From NCBI GenBank assembly GCA_944332705.1, contig CALVKM010000004.1, forward strand, positions 1,243 through 65,242: 64,000 nucleotides of DNA, given 5' to 3'. Position numbers and translations under genes: made by a program. Of the stretch, positions 1-9,660 are shown one piece after another (the first letter of the stretch is position 1; each line of letters starts with the position of its first letter). Under the pieces are notes generated by a model. The model saw nothing but the letters and a program-made list of their open reading frames with translations. It ran no database searches and was not told where the DNA came from. This DNA comes from an uncultured Bacilli bacterium (GTDB taxonomy: Bacteria; Bacillota_I; Bacilli_A; RF39; UBA660).

Positions 1-566
1 AAAATGTAGGAATTGAGTTTGAAGAAATTAATTTAATTACACCGGATTTAACAAGTGATGAAGCTAGCAAAATGATTGCAGAGGCTAGTTTTGTTATGTT
101 AATGGGAGGTAATCCTTTTAAACAAAAAGAAATGTGTGAAAAATTAGGTATTTTAGATGAATTGAAAAGATATAATGGCCTTATGCTAGGTTTTAGTGCT
201 GGTGCTATGCTTATGTCAAAATATATTATAATTACTCCATGCGGTGAGGAATATCCGGATTTTCATATTGAAGAAGGATTAAATCTTGATGGAATATCAA
301 TTTCCCCACACAATAACACTTCTGAAGATACTTATCCTAATACATTAGTTGTTAACGATGAAACTTATCAAAAAGACGATTTAATTCAGGTTGCAAAAGA
401 ATATGGAAATTTTTATTTATTACAAGATAATGATACTGATATCAGCATTATAAAATCTTCAAAGGGCAATATAGAGTTTTATATAGAAAATAATGGTAAA
501 ATTTGGGAAGTAAGTGATGAAATTAATTTAGTATCTAAAAGCAAGGCTATAAAAGGCATAATTTAA
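1..566 (+). CDS. Peptidase E-like serine peptidase (S51 family), 5' end cut by window edge
   Basis: Frame open from base 3 to stop at 564-566; GGNPF and GFSAGAM (nucleophile elbow) motifs typical of S51/dipeptidase E fold. Confidence 0.55.
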   Translation, partial: NVGIEFEEINLITPDLTSDEASKMIAEASFVMLMGGNPFKQKEMCEKLGILDELKRYNGLMLGFSAGAMLMSKYIIITPCGEEYPDFHIEEGLNLDGISISPHNNTSEDTYPNTLVVNDETYQKDDLIQVAKEYGNFYLLQDNDTDISIIKSSKGNIEFYIENNGKIWEVSDEINLVSKSKAIKGII

Positions 567-608
567 TACTACCTTTTATTAAAGTGTTTATAACAAAAAA
601 CTACTAGT

Positions 609-905
609 TTATTTTTTACTAGCAGTTTTTTCATCTAAGGATTTAATATAATCTTTTAATAAAGCATAATATTGTAATGAAGTAATACAAGCTATTCCAA
701 AAGAAATAAAGGCTCCGGTAAGTACGATTGTACCAGAATCATTAGAATCATCCAGTATTGTTAAATAAAGTCCCATCAATGATAAAAATATACAAAGCAC
801 CAGTGGAATCATTGCAACAAAATATGCTCTTTTACCAAATTCAGTATTCTTGAATTCTTTAGTTATTTTTTTTGCTTCTCCAACACTTAATTTATAAAGA
901 TTCAT
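609..905 (-). CDS. Small two-TM membrane protein, unknown function
   Basis: 98-aa ORF with two hydrophobic helices; no recognisable family. Confidence 0.35.
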   Translation of the reverse strand: MNLYKLSVGEAKKITKEFKNTEFGKRAYFVAMIPLVLCIFLSLMGLYLTILDDSNDSGTIVLTGAFISFGIACITSLQYYALLKDYIKSLDEKTASKK

Positions 906-991
906 TCTACCCTTCTTATATACAGGATATCACAAAAAATAATGTTTAACAATTAAAATAAAATACATTTCATTATTTTACGTAAAATATG

Positions 992-1345
992 TTACTCTTT
1001 CTTATATTCTTCCATCTTTTCCTCAATCCATATTGATAACATCTCTTTTAATGGTAAAAATCCTTTTCTTGATTCTACTATTCTAGTGCCATCATCTTCA
1101 GTTTTGTAATAAATATCTTTAATAGATAGTTTCATTTGTTTATTTTTCTTATCTATATCTAATACTTGAGCATAGATAATTTCCCCAATATGAACAAAAT
1201 CATGAATACTCTTGACAAAATCATTTGATACTTCAGATATATGACATAATCCTGAATAATTATTTTCACACTCTACAAAAAAACCATAATCAGCAATACC
1301 TGTTACCTTACATTTAATTATATCTCCACATTTAATTTTAGGCAT
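992..1345 (-). CDS. S1 RNA-binding domain protein (general stress protein 13 / YugI-like)
   Basis: GDIIKCKVTGIADYGFFVE...GLCHISE...GEIIYAQVLDID pattern is a canonical single S1 domain. Confidence 0.8.
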   Translation of the reverse strand: MPKIKCGDIIKCKVTGIADYGFFVECENNYSGLCHISEVSNDFVKSIHDFVHIGEIIYAQVLDIDKKNKQMKLSIKDIYYKTEDDGTRIVESRKGFLPLKEMLSIWIEEKMEEYKKE

Positions 1346-1430
1346 ATCGCCACCTTCTTACAATTAAAGTATACCAAATAATTATTTACTTAACAAGTTT
1401 TTCGTTTTATAATATTATTTGGTGAAGAAT

Positions 1431-1655
1431 ATGGAAGAAAAAATAATTGAAGTAATAGATGGGATAAGACCATACCTTATTTTAGAAGGTGGGGATATAG
1501 AATTTGTCAAATATGAAGATAACTTTGTTTATGTTAAAGTATCTGGACATTGCAATACTTGTGATATGTTAGGTACAGAAATAAATGAAGGGATTTATAA
1601 TTTATTAAAAGAAGAAATACCTGATCTTGAAGGTGTTATCAACATTAGTATATAA
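1431..1655 (+). CDS. NifU-like Fe-S cluster scaffold domain protein (YutI-like)
   Basis: IRPYLILEGGDIEFV...VSGHCNTCDM matches NifU C-terminal domain with CxxC; ATG at 1431 follows GGTGA SD (1421-1425) and a TATAAT at 1407-1412, so the TTG at 1419 is unlikely. Confidence 0.8.
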   Translation: MEEKIIEVIDGIRPYLILEGGDIEFVKYEDNFVYVKVSGHCNTCDMLGTEINEGIYNLLKEEIPDLEGVINISI

Positions 1656-2568
1656 GCCAGTTTATCTTATCTATTGGAGCATATTTAGAAATTTCTAAAT
1701 ATGCTTCTTTTAAAAATAATTCAAAATCCTCGTTTTTAGCAATTATTGGCACTAATTTTTCTTCTGATTCATCATTGTTCATAATTGCATCATATAAATC
1801 AAAATAATAAGAAGGATACATTAATCTGGCAAATAACATACTATACTCATAATGGGTTAATTTTTTTATTTGTAAGAAACATTTTAATTCTTCTAGTACA
1901 TCTTCATCGTTTTGTGGCGAGAAAAACATGGCTTTTAAGTATTCAGCAATATCTCTAACTTCTAAATCAAAAATAAATGATAAGGGATTTAAGAAATTTA
2001 TTTTATAATTTGGATAAAATATTCGCCGATGTGATAAAGTAACTTTAGAATTAAAAGAATTATATTTTAAAGTAATATTATTCACATAACTAATAGCATT
2101 TTCTGCCAGGCCTAAATAGTAACTAAAAGATTCTTGAATTACTTTTTTATCTAAACCTAATTCTCTTACTTGATATTCAAAATAATCCATTTTTTCACTC
2201 CATAAAGCACTCCAATTATTACGATATAATTTACTAGATTGATTATTTAAAGTAAGTTTATTAATCATATTAACAATATCAAAAATATCATATTCTTCAT
2301 TATAATTACTAACAGACATTAATATATAATTATAATTATTTACTTTAGTTAATACTTCACCATTTATATTTACAATTATATTATGGGCATCTATTCCCTT
2401 TTCTTTCATATTAATACAACATTTTAATATATCATCAAGTTCATCTAAATTACGATTAAAAAAGACAAAAAAGAAATCTTGATTTTGATACTTAAAAAAG
2501 TATTTGCCATCAAATTCTTCTAAATTATCAATTTCAATATTATAATAATATTTAATTGTTTCCTTCAT
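1645..2568 (-). CDS. CotS-family / YutH-like spore coat-associated kinase-fold protein
   Basis: Size and N-terminal YYNIEIDNL..FDGKYFFKY pattern resemble CotS/YutH; neighbourhood (yutI-like, yutD-like, yunB-like) matches the B. subtilis yut/yun region; catalytic HGD-type motif not obvious. Confidence 0.5.
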   Translation of the reverse strand: MKETIKYYYNIEIDNLEEFDGKYFFKYQNQDFFFVFFNRNLDELDDILKCCINMKEKGIDAHNIIVNINGEVLTKVNNYNYILMSVSNYNEEYDIFDIVNMINKLTLNNQSSKLYRNNWSALWSEKMDYFEYQVRELGLDKKVIQESFSYYLGLAENAISYVNNITLKYNSFNSKVTLSHRRIFYPNYKINFLNPLSFIFDLEVRDIAEYLKAMFFSPQNDEDVLEELKCFLQIKKLTHYEYSMLFARLMYPSYYFDLYDAIMNNDESEEKLVPIIAKNEDFELFLKEAYLEISKYAPIDKINWLIY

Positions 2569-2601
2569 ACTACATTATATAAAAAAAATAGGTTTTAATA
2601 C

Positions 2602-3486
2602 CTATTTATTGAATTTTGCAACTAATGCATCAAACATATTTTCACAAGCTTTTAAGAAAGCTTCTTTATCTGCTGTAAAATCTACAGGAACTTCTGGTTG
2701 AGGATTTTCTTCAGCTGGAGCACTTGGCATTGGTGGTTCTACTGGAGGTGCTGGAGCTACAGGTTCTGGCATAACAGGAGCTGCCGCTTGAGCATTTTGA
2801 GGTGGCTCAGGCATAACCGGTGTTACGTTTGGCATTGGTGTAGGTTCTGCCGGTGCTACTGTAGGTTCCACAGCTGGAGTAACTGGTGTTGTTGGTTCTG
2901 CTGCTGGAGCGCTTGGCATTTGACCTGCCATATTAGGCATTACTGGTTCACTAGCTACTGCATCCACATTTGGTGGAGTAACTGGACTAGGACTAGCTGG
3001 AGTAACTTCTGGAGTTACTGGTGATGTTGGCATAGATAGAGCTGTTGGAGCTACATCTGGTGTTGGAGTTGCAACAGGAGTTGGTGTACTAGTAGCACCA
3101 TTAGCAACATTACTTACTCCATTTGAATTATAATTGTTTTTTAGAGCTTCAAAAGAAGCAACTGGTAACGTAAGTTGTGAAAAGAACACATCATCTGCAC
3201 TTAAAGCAGGTTCAACACTAATATAATTTACTTGATTTCCCGCAATAATCATCCGCAAATATTCTTTAACGGCATTCCATTCATTTTGATCAGTTATTTT
3301 AACTAATTTGTTATTTTCTAATTTAGATACTAAAATAATAGGAAGACCCATAGTTCCATTCATTTCATTATCTAGCACAACATAACTAGCATTTGCTCCA
3401 TTAAAAGCTGTAATTAAAGGCTTTTCTAAACTAGAACCCGATACTAAACTTAATTTTATTTTTTCCACTTTAATCAATCCCTTCAT
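2602..3486 (-). CDS. Hypothetical protein with globular N-terminal domain and long Pro/Ala/Thr/Val-rich low-complexity segment
   Basis: About 120 aa ordered N-terminus, then about 130 aa of PxP/TPV/APA repeats (GC-rich DNA 2700-3080), short helical C-terminus. Confidence 0.5.
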   Translation of the reverse strand: MKGLIKVEKIKLSLVSGSSLEKPLITAFNGANASYVVLDNEMNGTMGLPIILVSKLENNKLVKITDQNEWNAVKEYLRMIIAGNQVNYISVEPALSADDVFFSQLTLPVASFEALKNNYNSNGVSNVANGATSTPTPVATPTPDVAPTALSMPTSPVTPEVTPASPSPVTPPNVDAVASEPVMPNMAGQMPSAPAAEPTTPVTPAVEPTVAPAEPTPMPNVTPVMPEPPQNAQAAAPVMPEPVAPAPPVEPPMPSAPAEENPQPEVPVDFTADKEAFLKACENMFDALVAKFNK

Positions 3487-3514
3487 TTATCATAAATTAA
3501 TTATAACTTAATTA

Positions 3515-3802
3515 TTATTTTTTTTCAACCACTCTTTTAATAATAAAATACCTACAATCATAAGCACAATTATTTTTTATATAATCATCTATTTTACTAT
3601 AATCATTAATTGGCTTAAAATATTTATTACTTTTTTCATTAAAACCTTTAAGTCTTACTTTACCATACGCATAATCCCCTAAAATATAATCAAAATTATC
3701 AAAATAATCAGTAATTTTACCCGTTAAATCTTCTACATTTAGAGCATCACGATAATTTTTAATTACTTCATATTCTAAATCATCAATTAAAACACTCTTC
3801 AT
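3515..3802 (-). CDS. YutD-like protein (DUF1027)
   Basis: 95 aa; YEVIKNYRDA...FDYILGDYAYGKVRLKGF pattern characteristic of YutD family. Confidence 0.7.
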   Translation of the reverse strand: MKSVLIDDLEYEVIKNYRDALNVEDLTGKITDYFDNFDYILGDYAYGKVRLKGFNEKSNKYFKPINDYSKIDDYIKNNCAYDCRYFIIKRVVEKK

Positions 3803-3811
3803 AAACCCTCC

Positions 3812-4636
3812 TTAAATTACAATAAATGTAATAATACCAACAACCATAATAACAGTACAAATAATACTCATTACTAGTAATATATCAACATAACCATTAC
3901 CACTAGTTACTTTGTTTTGTTCCCTTTCTATTGCTTCAATAGCTTTATCAAGTAAATATTCTTTATTTATAGCATTTTCTCTAATTTTAAAGTAATCATA
4001 TACTTGATGATTTATTCTATCTATTTCTGATGCATCCATATTATTAATTTGATCCATACTATAATTTAATAACTCATAGGCTTTAACGTTTAGCAAATGT
4101 TTTTCTCGTGGTACTACAACTTTAACATTTTCTTTCATTTGTTTTTTAAAATAAGTATCTATTTCTAAAACATCATCAGCCATTAAGAAATTATAAGATA
4201 CTTGCAATGGATTTTTAGAATATGGTGTATATAATAAACTATAAAAATCCTGTACTTCTTTTTCTTTTAAATTATAATTTAATTTTTTAGCTATAAACAT
4301 ATCAATTAACTCTTTTTGAACTGTTATAAAATATGGATTTTTTATTTTAATCATTTTATTTTCATTATCTTTTTCTTGTTCATAAAACACTTGCAAATCT
4401 GAAAAGAAAATATCTAAATCATTTTTAGAATAACCATATTTGGCAAGATTATTCTTAAGTAAATCTTCATCATTTATTACCATTGGATTAACAATATCAA
4501 GTTCACTATACATAATAATGAGTAATCTAATTACAACAACCAAAAAAGAATTGTAAACAACACCCTTAGATTGCTCAACACTTTTTAAGTAATCATTAAT
4601 TGCTTTAGTAAATGCTTCATTAATAAATACTTGCAT
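3812..4636 (-). CDS. Hypothetical protein with C-terminal TM anchor
   Basis: ATG at 4636 preceded by GGTGA-like SD avoids the 70-nt overlap with upstream gene implied by the 4741 start; C-terminal hydrophobic helix. Confidence 0.4.
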   Translation of the reverse strand: MQVFINEAFTKAINDYLKSVEQSKGVVYNSFLVVVIRLLIIMYSELDIVNPMVINDEDLLKNNLAKYGYSKNDLDIFFSDLQVFYEQEKDNENKMIKIKNPYFITVQKELIDMFIAKKLNYNLKEKEVQDFYSLLYTPYSKNPLQVSYNFLMADDVLEIDTYFKKQMKENVKVVVPREKHLLNVKAYELLNYSMDQINNMDASEIDRINHQVYDYFKIRENAINKEYLLDKAIEAIEREQNKVTSGNGYVDILLVMSIICTVIMVVGIITFIVI

Positions 4637-4670
4637 TAGACTCACCCTATCATATATTATATCACAACTT

Positions 4671-5396
4671 TTATTCCAAGGGAATAGAAATTTCGCGACT
4701 TTCGAGTATTGATTCCCCATAAATATTTGGAACAGTACCATTTATAACTTGAGATGCTATTAGACAATCATATTCTATAGATAACTCATTATCAGTCACT
4801 GGACTAATTAACTCCTGACTTAATTTTATCGTTACATATAATTCTACTAAAGCATTATTAATACCATACTCCGTTATTTTACTTTTAATATTAGTAAGCA
4901 TTGAACCAACAAAATTAACTTTCATATATATTTTTGGTCCTAAATTGCTCATTAGAGCATAATCACTAGCAATAAACATAGGTAGTTCTAATACAAGTCC
5001 ATGTTCACTAGTTTTAATATTATTATCACTTATATCACTAAACTTACCCTTTTCTAAATCACTTACCAATGTTTCTAATTTAGTTGAAACTGTATTTAAA
5101 ACAAAATAAGCTTTTTCTAAATTATAATCAACATATAATATTTCCCCTAAATCATTTTGATTAATAATTAAAATATCTTCTAAAATATCTTCATCAAGTA
5201 TCTCATAACCGATGTTCATACTTAAAAATGATTCCATAAATTTATTGATTTTAGATTCTGCTACATCAATTATTTTGGGACTAACCAATGTATTATACCA
5301 AATAAAAAAGAATGTGGTAAACAAAGTAATCAAAATAATAACTAATATAATTAAACTTGATAATCTATAACTTCTCCGCATTCTTATTCTATTCAT
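4671..5396 (-). CDS. yunB: Sporulation protein YunB-like
   Basis: N-terminal TM, then SNLGPKIYMKVNFVGS...GINNALVELYV...INGTVP pattern typical of Spore_YunB family; correct size. Confidence 0.6.
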   Translation of the reverse strand: MNRIRMRRSYRLSSLIILVIILITLFTTFFFIWYNTLVSPKIIDVAESKINKFMESFLSMNIGYEILDEDILEDILIINQNDLGEILYVDYNLEKAYFVLNTVSTKLETLVSDLEKGKFSDISDNNIKTSEHGLVLELPMFIASDYALMSNLGPKIYMKVNFVGSMLTNIKSKITEYGINNALVELYVTIKLSQELISPVTDNELSIEYDCLIASQVINGTVPNIYGESILESREISIPLE

Positions 5397-5411
5397 AGTA
5401 AATATTATGTT

Positions 5412-6314
5412 TTATTCCATAATTAATGAACGAACAAATAAAAATATACCTACTAAGAAACAAATTATAACTAACACAATCAATATTTTAATAATAATAT
5501 TTAACCCTTTATCGGTGTCATCTTCATCATCTGCAAAGTCATTTTTCTTAAATAAACTAGTTGTATAAAAAGAACTATCCATTGTTTCATCTTTTACTTT
5601 TTCTACTATGGTATTTTCTTCTTTTTTCTCATCATCTTTTTTAGATTCTTCTGGTAAATCTTCAGATTCATCTTGTTCTTCAATTTTTTTAATTTCTTCA
5701 GTCATTCCTTCATAAACTTCAGTATTACCACTGCCTTTAAGTTCATCAAGTATATCAAAAGCATCAGCTTCTTCTGATGCCACTTCTTCTTTGGCATCTT
5801 CATGAGCATTTTGTCCTAATTTTTCAGTTATTTCACTAATCTTTTTTTCATTAATACTAATAGTGTTGATAAGTTCCATTAAATCTTCTTCAGCTTTACT
5901 TGGTTCTTCTTCCTCATGAGGCTCTTCAATATGTAAATTATTTAAAATATCAAATTGAGTATTTCTTAATTTTTTGGCCCTTGCTTCTTCATAAGTTTCT
6001 GGAAGTTCATCTTTAGCTTTCTTTAAAACAACATTTAAGTCATATTCCTTAGTAGGTTCGCTATCTACTTCTTCTTCCTCTTCGGGAATATCTATTCTTA
6101 TACTCTTTCTTTTCGGCGCATTATTGTACTTAGTATCTAAAATCTTTTTAATCTTTTCTATATCAATCTCCGGATCTTGATTACCAATTACTGTTGCATT
6201 GCTACGCACACTAAAATTATCTAGACTTGCATCATTAATTTCTTTATATAATTCTTCATTTTTAGCAACTCTAGAAAAACTTTTATTATCATATTTATTC
6301 ATTCTCGTATCCAT
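5412..6314 (-). CDS. Highly acidic (Glu/Asp/Lys-rich) protein with C-terminal TM anchor, unknown function
   Basis: 300-aa ORF, long charged low-complexity region, single C-terminal helix IIIKILIVLVIICFLVGIFLFV. Confidence 0.4.
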   Translation of the reverse strand: MDTRMNKYDNKSFSRVAKNEELYKEINDASLDNFSVRSNATVIGNQDPEIDIEKIKKILDTKYNNAPKRKSIRIDIPEEEEEVDSEPTKEYDLNVVLKKAKDELPETYEEARAKKLRNTQFDILNNLHIEEPHEEEEPSKAEEDLMELINTISINEKKISEITEKLGQNAHEDAKEEVASEEADAFDILDELKGSGNTEVYEGMTEEIKKIEEQDESEDLPEESKKDDEKKEENTIVEKVKDETMDSSFYTTSLFKKNDFADDEDDTDKGLNIIIKILIVLVIICFLVGIFLFVRSLIME

Positions 6315-6416
6315 AATACAACCTCTATTAAAATAATAACATAAAATACGTTTTTTTTAAACAATAAGATTGATTTTAGACTAGTTTTTGACTATAATTA
6401 TACAAGGAGGATTGAA

Positions 6417-6614
6417 ATGAAAAAATTAGAAGTTAATGGATGCATCGGCTGTGGTATGTGCATTGGTGCTGATCCAGAACATTTTGAATTTAATAGTGAT
6501 GGCTTATCAACTGTTAAATCTGAGGAAAATTTAGATAGTGAAGCATTACAAGATGCTATTGCAGGTTGTCCTGTTAATGCTATAAGTATTACTGAAGATA
6601 CTGAAGAAAATTAA
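6417..6614 (+). CDS. Ferredoxin (single [4Fe-4S]/[3Fe-4S] type)
   Basis: CIGCGMC ... CP motif arrangement in a 65-aa acidic protein; GGAGG SD upstream. Confidence 0.85.
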   Translation: MKKLEVNGCIGCGMCIGADPEHFEFNSDGLSTVKSEENLDSEALQDAIAGCPVNAISITEDTEEN

Positions 6615-6643
6615 AAAAAGCTAAAAAGCTTTTTTATTTTTTT
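6614..6643. terminator. Bidirectional Rho-independent terminator between ferredoxin and rluB-like genes
   Basis: AAAAAAGCT-AAAA-AGCTTTTTT hairpin (9 bp stem, 4-nt loop) flanked by A and T runs. Confidence 0.55.
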
Positions 6644-7353
6644 GCTAAATTATATAATCTTTTTATTTCTTTTATTGTTAAAGTACGATATTCTCCACTT
6701 TTTAAATCTTTAATATCTAAAAATCCATAACCAATTCTACTTAATTTTAACACATTTATATTTAATTCCTTAAATAATTTTTTGATTATATGATTTCTTC
6801 CTTCAATAATGGTTATTTCGACAATCATTGTATTTTTTTCTTTATTAATATTTTTTACTTTAAACTTTTTAACATCAACTTCTCTTCCATCAACTTTGAT
6901 TCCACTTTTTATTTTATGTATTTCCTCTTTAGTTAATATTTTATTTAATTTAGCTATATAAGTTTTTTCTATTTCAAACTTGGGATGCATTAAAGTGTTA
7001 GCAAAATCGCCATCATTAGTAAGTATTATTAAACCTGTTGTATCATAATCAAGTCTACCTACCGGATAAATTCTAGCATCGGTATTAATTAAATCAACAA
7101 CAGTAATTCTTCCGGCATCATCACTAACAGCACTAATTACACTTCTAGGTTTATTTAAAATATAATATTCATGCTTAACATCTTTATTAATAATTACACC
7201 ATCAATACTTATTACATCGTTATAATCGACCTTAGTTCCCAGTTCTGTTATGACTTTACCATTGACTAATACTCTTTTGTGCTTAATTAACTCTTCAGCT
7301 TTTCTTCTTGAAGTATAGCCGTACTCAGCAATAATCTTTTGTAAGCGTATCAT
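6634..7353 (-). CDS. rluB: Pseudouridine synthase, RsuA/RluB family with N-terminal S4 domain
   Basis: S4 motif (SRRKAEELI..V.VNG) and catalytic GRLDYDTTGLIILTNDG motif. Confidence 0.85.
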   Translation of the reverse strand: MIRLQKIIAEYGYTSRRKAEELIKHKRVLVNGKVITELGTKVDYNDVISIDGVIINKDVKHEYYILNKPRSVISAVSDDAGRITVVDLINTDARIYPVGRLDYDTTGLIILTNDGDFANTLMHPKFEIEKTYIAKLNKILTKEEIHKIKSGIKVDGREVDVKKFKVKNINKEKNTMIVEITIIEGRNHIIKKLFKELNINVLKLSRIGYGFLDIKDLKSGEYRTLTIKEIKRLYNLAKK

Positions 7354-7384
7354 GTAACCACCTACTTAAAGTATAACACATTTC

Positions 7385-7903
7385 TTAGAAAAACAACATA
7401 GTAATTATAAATGCAACACTAATTCCAACGAGATCTGCAAATAAACCAACACCTAAAGAATAGCGAATTTTCTTAACTCCAATTGAACTAAAATATAGGG
7501 CAAGGACATAAATAGTGGTATCGGTACAACCTTGCAGGACACTTGCAAGTCTTCCCACATAAGAATCTGGTCCATATTTAATAAAAATATCATTCATTAT
7601 AGCAAGAGTTGCGGTACCAGATATCGGACGAAGGAGAGCCATTGGCATAATTTCTAGAGGAATATTTATCAAATTTAATATGGGAGTAAACACTCCTAAA
7701 ACAGCATTAACAAAATTACTATCTAAAAAAATATTGATAGCAAAAACCATGGCAATAATGGAAGGAAAAATATTAAATGATATTATTAATCCTTCTTTAG
7801 CACCTTCTAAAAAAGCATCATAAATATTAACTTTTTTGATAAAGCCATAAAATATTACAAATACAATAAATATGGGAATAACTATTTTAGAAAACATATT
7901 CAT
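7385..7903 (-). CDS. spmB: Spore maturation protein B
   Basis: Polytopic membrane protein of nucleoside-recognition (Gate) type, directly downstream of spmA and dacB as in Bacillus/Clostridium. Confidence 0.8.
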   Translation of the reverse strand: MNMFSKIVIPIFIVFVIFYGFIKKVNIYDAFLEGAKEGLIISFNIFPSIIAMVFAINIFLDSNFVNAVLGVFTPILNLINIPLEIMPMALLRPISGTATLAIMNDIFIKYGPDSYVGRLASVLQGCTDTTIYVLALYFSSIGVKKIRYSLGVGLFADLVGISVAFIITMLFF

Positions 7904-8490
7904 TTATTATTCCTCCTTCTTATAAAATAATCGAGTAACAATCCCCCGATAGATGAACAAAATGTAGCAATAACTCCTGGTAAGATTATTTCTGAAGGAT
8001 TTTGGGAACCTGTTGCAATACGCAGTGCTAACACTGTTGTTGGAACAATTGTTACTCCAGCAGTATTTAAAACTAAAAAAGTAATCATAGCAACACTAGC
8101 TGTATCTTTTTTATCATTTATTTTTTGTAGTTCACTCATAGCTTTTAGGCCAAATGGTGTTGCCGCAGAACCTAACCCCATCATATTAGCGGCGATATTT
8201 GATGCAATAAACCCAAGCGCCGGATTATCTTTTGGAACACTTGGAAAAAGACGAGATAAAATTGGTTCCATTAATTTAGCAAATTTACGAAGTAAGCCTG
8301 AAACTTCCGCAATTTTCATAATTCCAGTCCACAAAACAATAATAGGTAAAATTGATAACATCAAATCTAGGGCTTTAGTTCCATTAGTTAAAATACTATC
8401 ATTTATTGTATCTAAGTTACCCGTAAGAGCTGAAAAACCAATACCAATAAGTATTAAAAATAGCCAAATGTAACTTACCATCCTAGCCAC
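7900..8490 (-). CDS. spmA: Spore maturation protein A
   Basis: Gate-domain membrane protein; 4-nt overlap with spmB, overlaps dacB end; conserved dacB-spmA-spmB order. Confidence 0.8.
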   Translation of the reverse strand: MARMVSYIWLFLILIGIGFSALTGNLDTINDSILTNGTKALDLMLSILPIIVLWTGIMKIAEVSGLLRKFAKLMEPILSRLFPSVPKDNPALGFIASNIAANMMGLGSAATPFGLKAMSELQKINDKKDTASVAMITFLVLNTAGVTIVPTTVLALRIATGSQNPSEIILPGVIATFCSSIGGLLLDYFIRRRNNK

Positions 8491-9554
8491 CTTAATAATT
8501 TATCCCACCAAGATAAATTTTCTAATTCTTTATTTTTATCTACATAAATATTTACTTCTTTTACTAATTCCTCTTTTATATATATTTTAGCAGTTCCAAC
8601 AACATCACCATTCATATAATTATTATTTTTAAAAAGTTCATATTTAATAGAAATACTATTCTTTTCTTCTTTTAAAACAGGAATATAGACATCATCTTTA
8701 ATATACAAAGTATCATTTTTATATTCGGTATCTTCTTTAATTTTAAAGTTTTTCTTATCTAATACTTTAATAGCTTCATATTTTTTGAATATTTCCGTAT
8801 ATAAAGTTAAATGATCTTCAAAATCATTAGGATCATTAAGAGTAACAATTACTAAATCTATATTATTGCTACTAGCAGTAGTTACTAGTGTTCTTCTAGC
8901 CTTTTTAGTAAAACCTGTTTTTCCCCCGGTGATAAAATCATATTCATGTAAAAGACGATTTTTATTTGTCCAACTATAACTTTTTTTATTAGTTTTAACA
9001 CTATAATTTTTAGTTGCAAAGATTTCTCTAAATGTTTCATTTTCCATAGCGTATTTAGTTAAAAGAGCCATATCATAAGCAGTGGATAAATTAGCTGTGC
9101 CATCATCTTCTTCTAACCCATGTGCATTATAAAAATAGGAGTCATTCATCCCAATTTTACTAGCGGTTTCATTCATAAGCATGGCAAAAGCTTCCATAGA
9201 ACCAGCAATATTTTTAGCAATAACAACTGCCGCATCATTACCACTTCTTAGCATCAAGCCATATAACAAATCTTTTAAAGTTAATTTTTCGCCCATTTCA
9301 ATATATATTGCACTGCCATAAGCATCAAGTACTTCGTCATCTACCTCATAGATATCATCTAAATTACCATATTCTATTGCAACAATCGCTGTCATTATCT
9401 TAGTAATACTAGCAATTAATCTTTGTTCATGAATATTATTTTCATAAAATATTCTATTACTATTTAAATCCATAACAATAGCACTACTGGCAGTTATTGC
9501 TGATACTTTTATTGGTAATACTAATAATACAAGACTTAAAATTAACTTTTTCAT
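8475..9554 (-). CDS. dacB: D-alanyl-D-alanine carboxypeptidase (S11, DacB/DacF-like)
   Basis: Signal peptide; SITK (SxxK), SGND (SxN), KTGFT (KTG) motifs in correct order. Confidence 0.85.
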   Translation of the reverse strand: MKKLILSLVLLVLPIKVSAITASSAIVMDLNSNRIFYENNIHEQRLIASITKIMTAIVAIEYGNLDDIYEVDDEVLDAYGSAIYIEMGEKLTLKDLLYGLMLRSGNDAAVVIAKNIAGSMEAFAMLMNETASKIGMNDSYFYNAHGLEEDDGTANLSTAYDMALLTKYAMENETFREIFATKNYSVKTNKKSYSWTNKNRLLHEYDFITGGKTGFTKKARRTLVTTASSNNIDLVIVTLNDPNDFEDHLTLYTEIFKKYEAIKVLDKKNFKIKEDTEYKNDTLYIKDDVYIPVLKEEKNSISIKYELFKNNNYMNGDVVGTAKIYIKEELVKEVNIYVDKNKELENLSWWDKLLRWLGW

Positions 9555-9660
9555 GAGAATCCCCTATAAAAAGATATGATTATTAACTTAAAATATGTAA
9601 TTTACCCCTAACAAAATGCCTATTTTGTGATACAATATAGGACAAGGGGAGTGTTTTGTC

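Noticed and set aside
2698-3024. 108-aa Trp/Arg/Cys-rich ORF on the plus strand
   Set aside because: It lies entirely antisense to the Pro/Ala-rich coding repeat of 2602-3486. The CCA/CCT/GCT codons read as TGG/AGG/AGC on the other strand, so it is a compositional shadow ORF.
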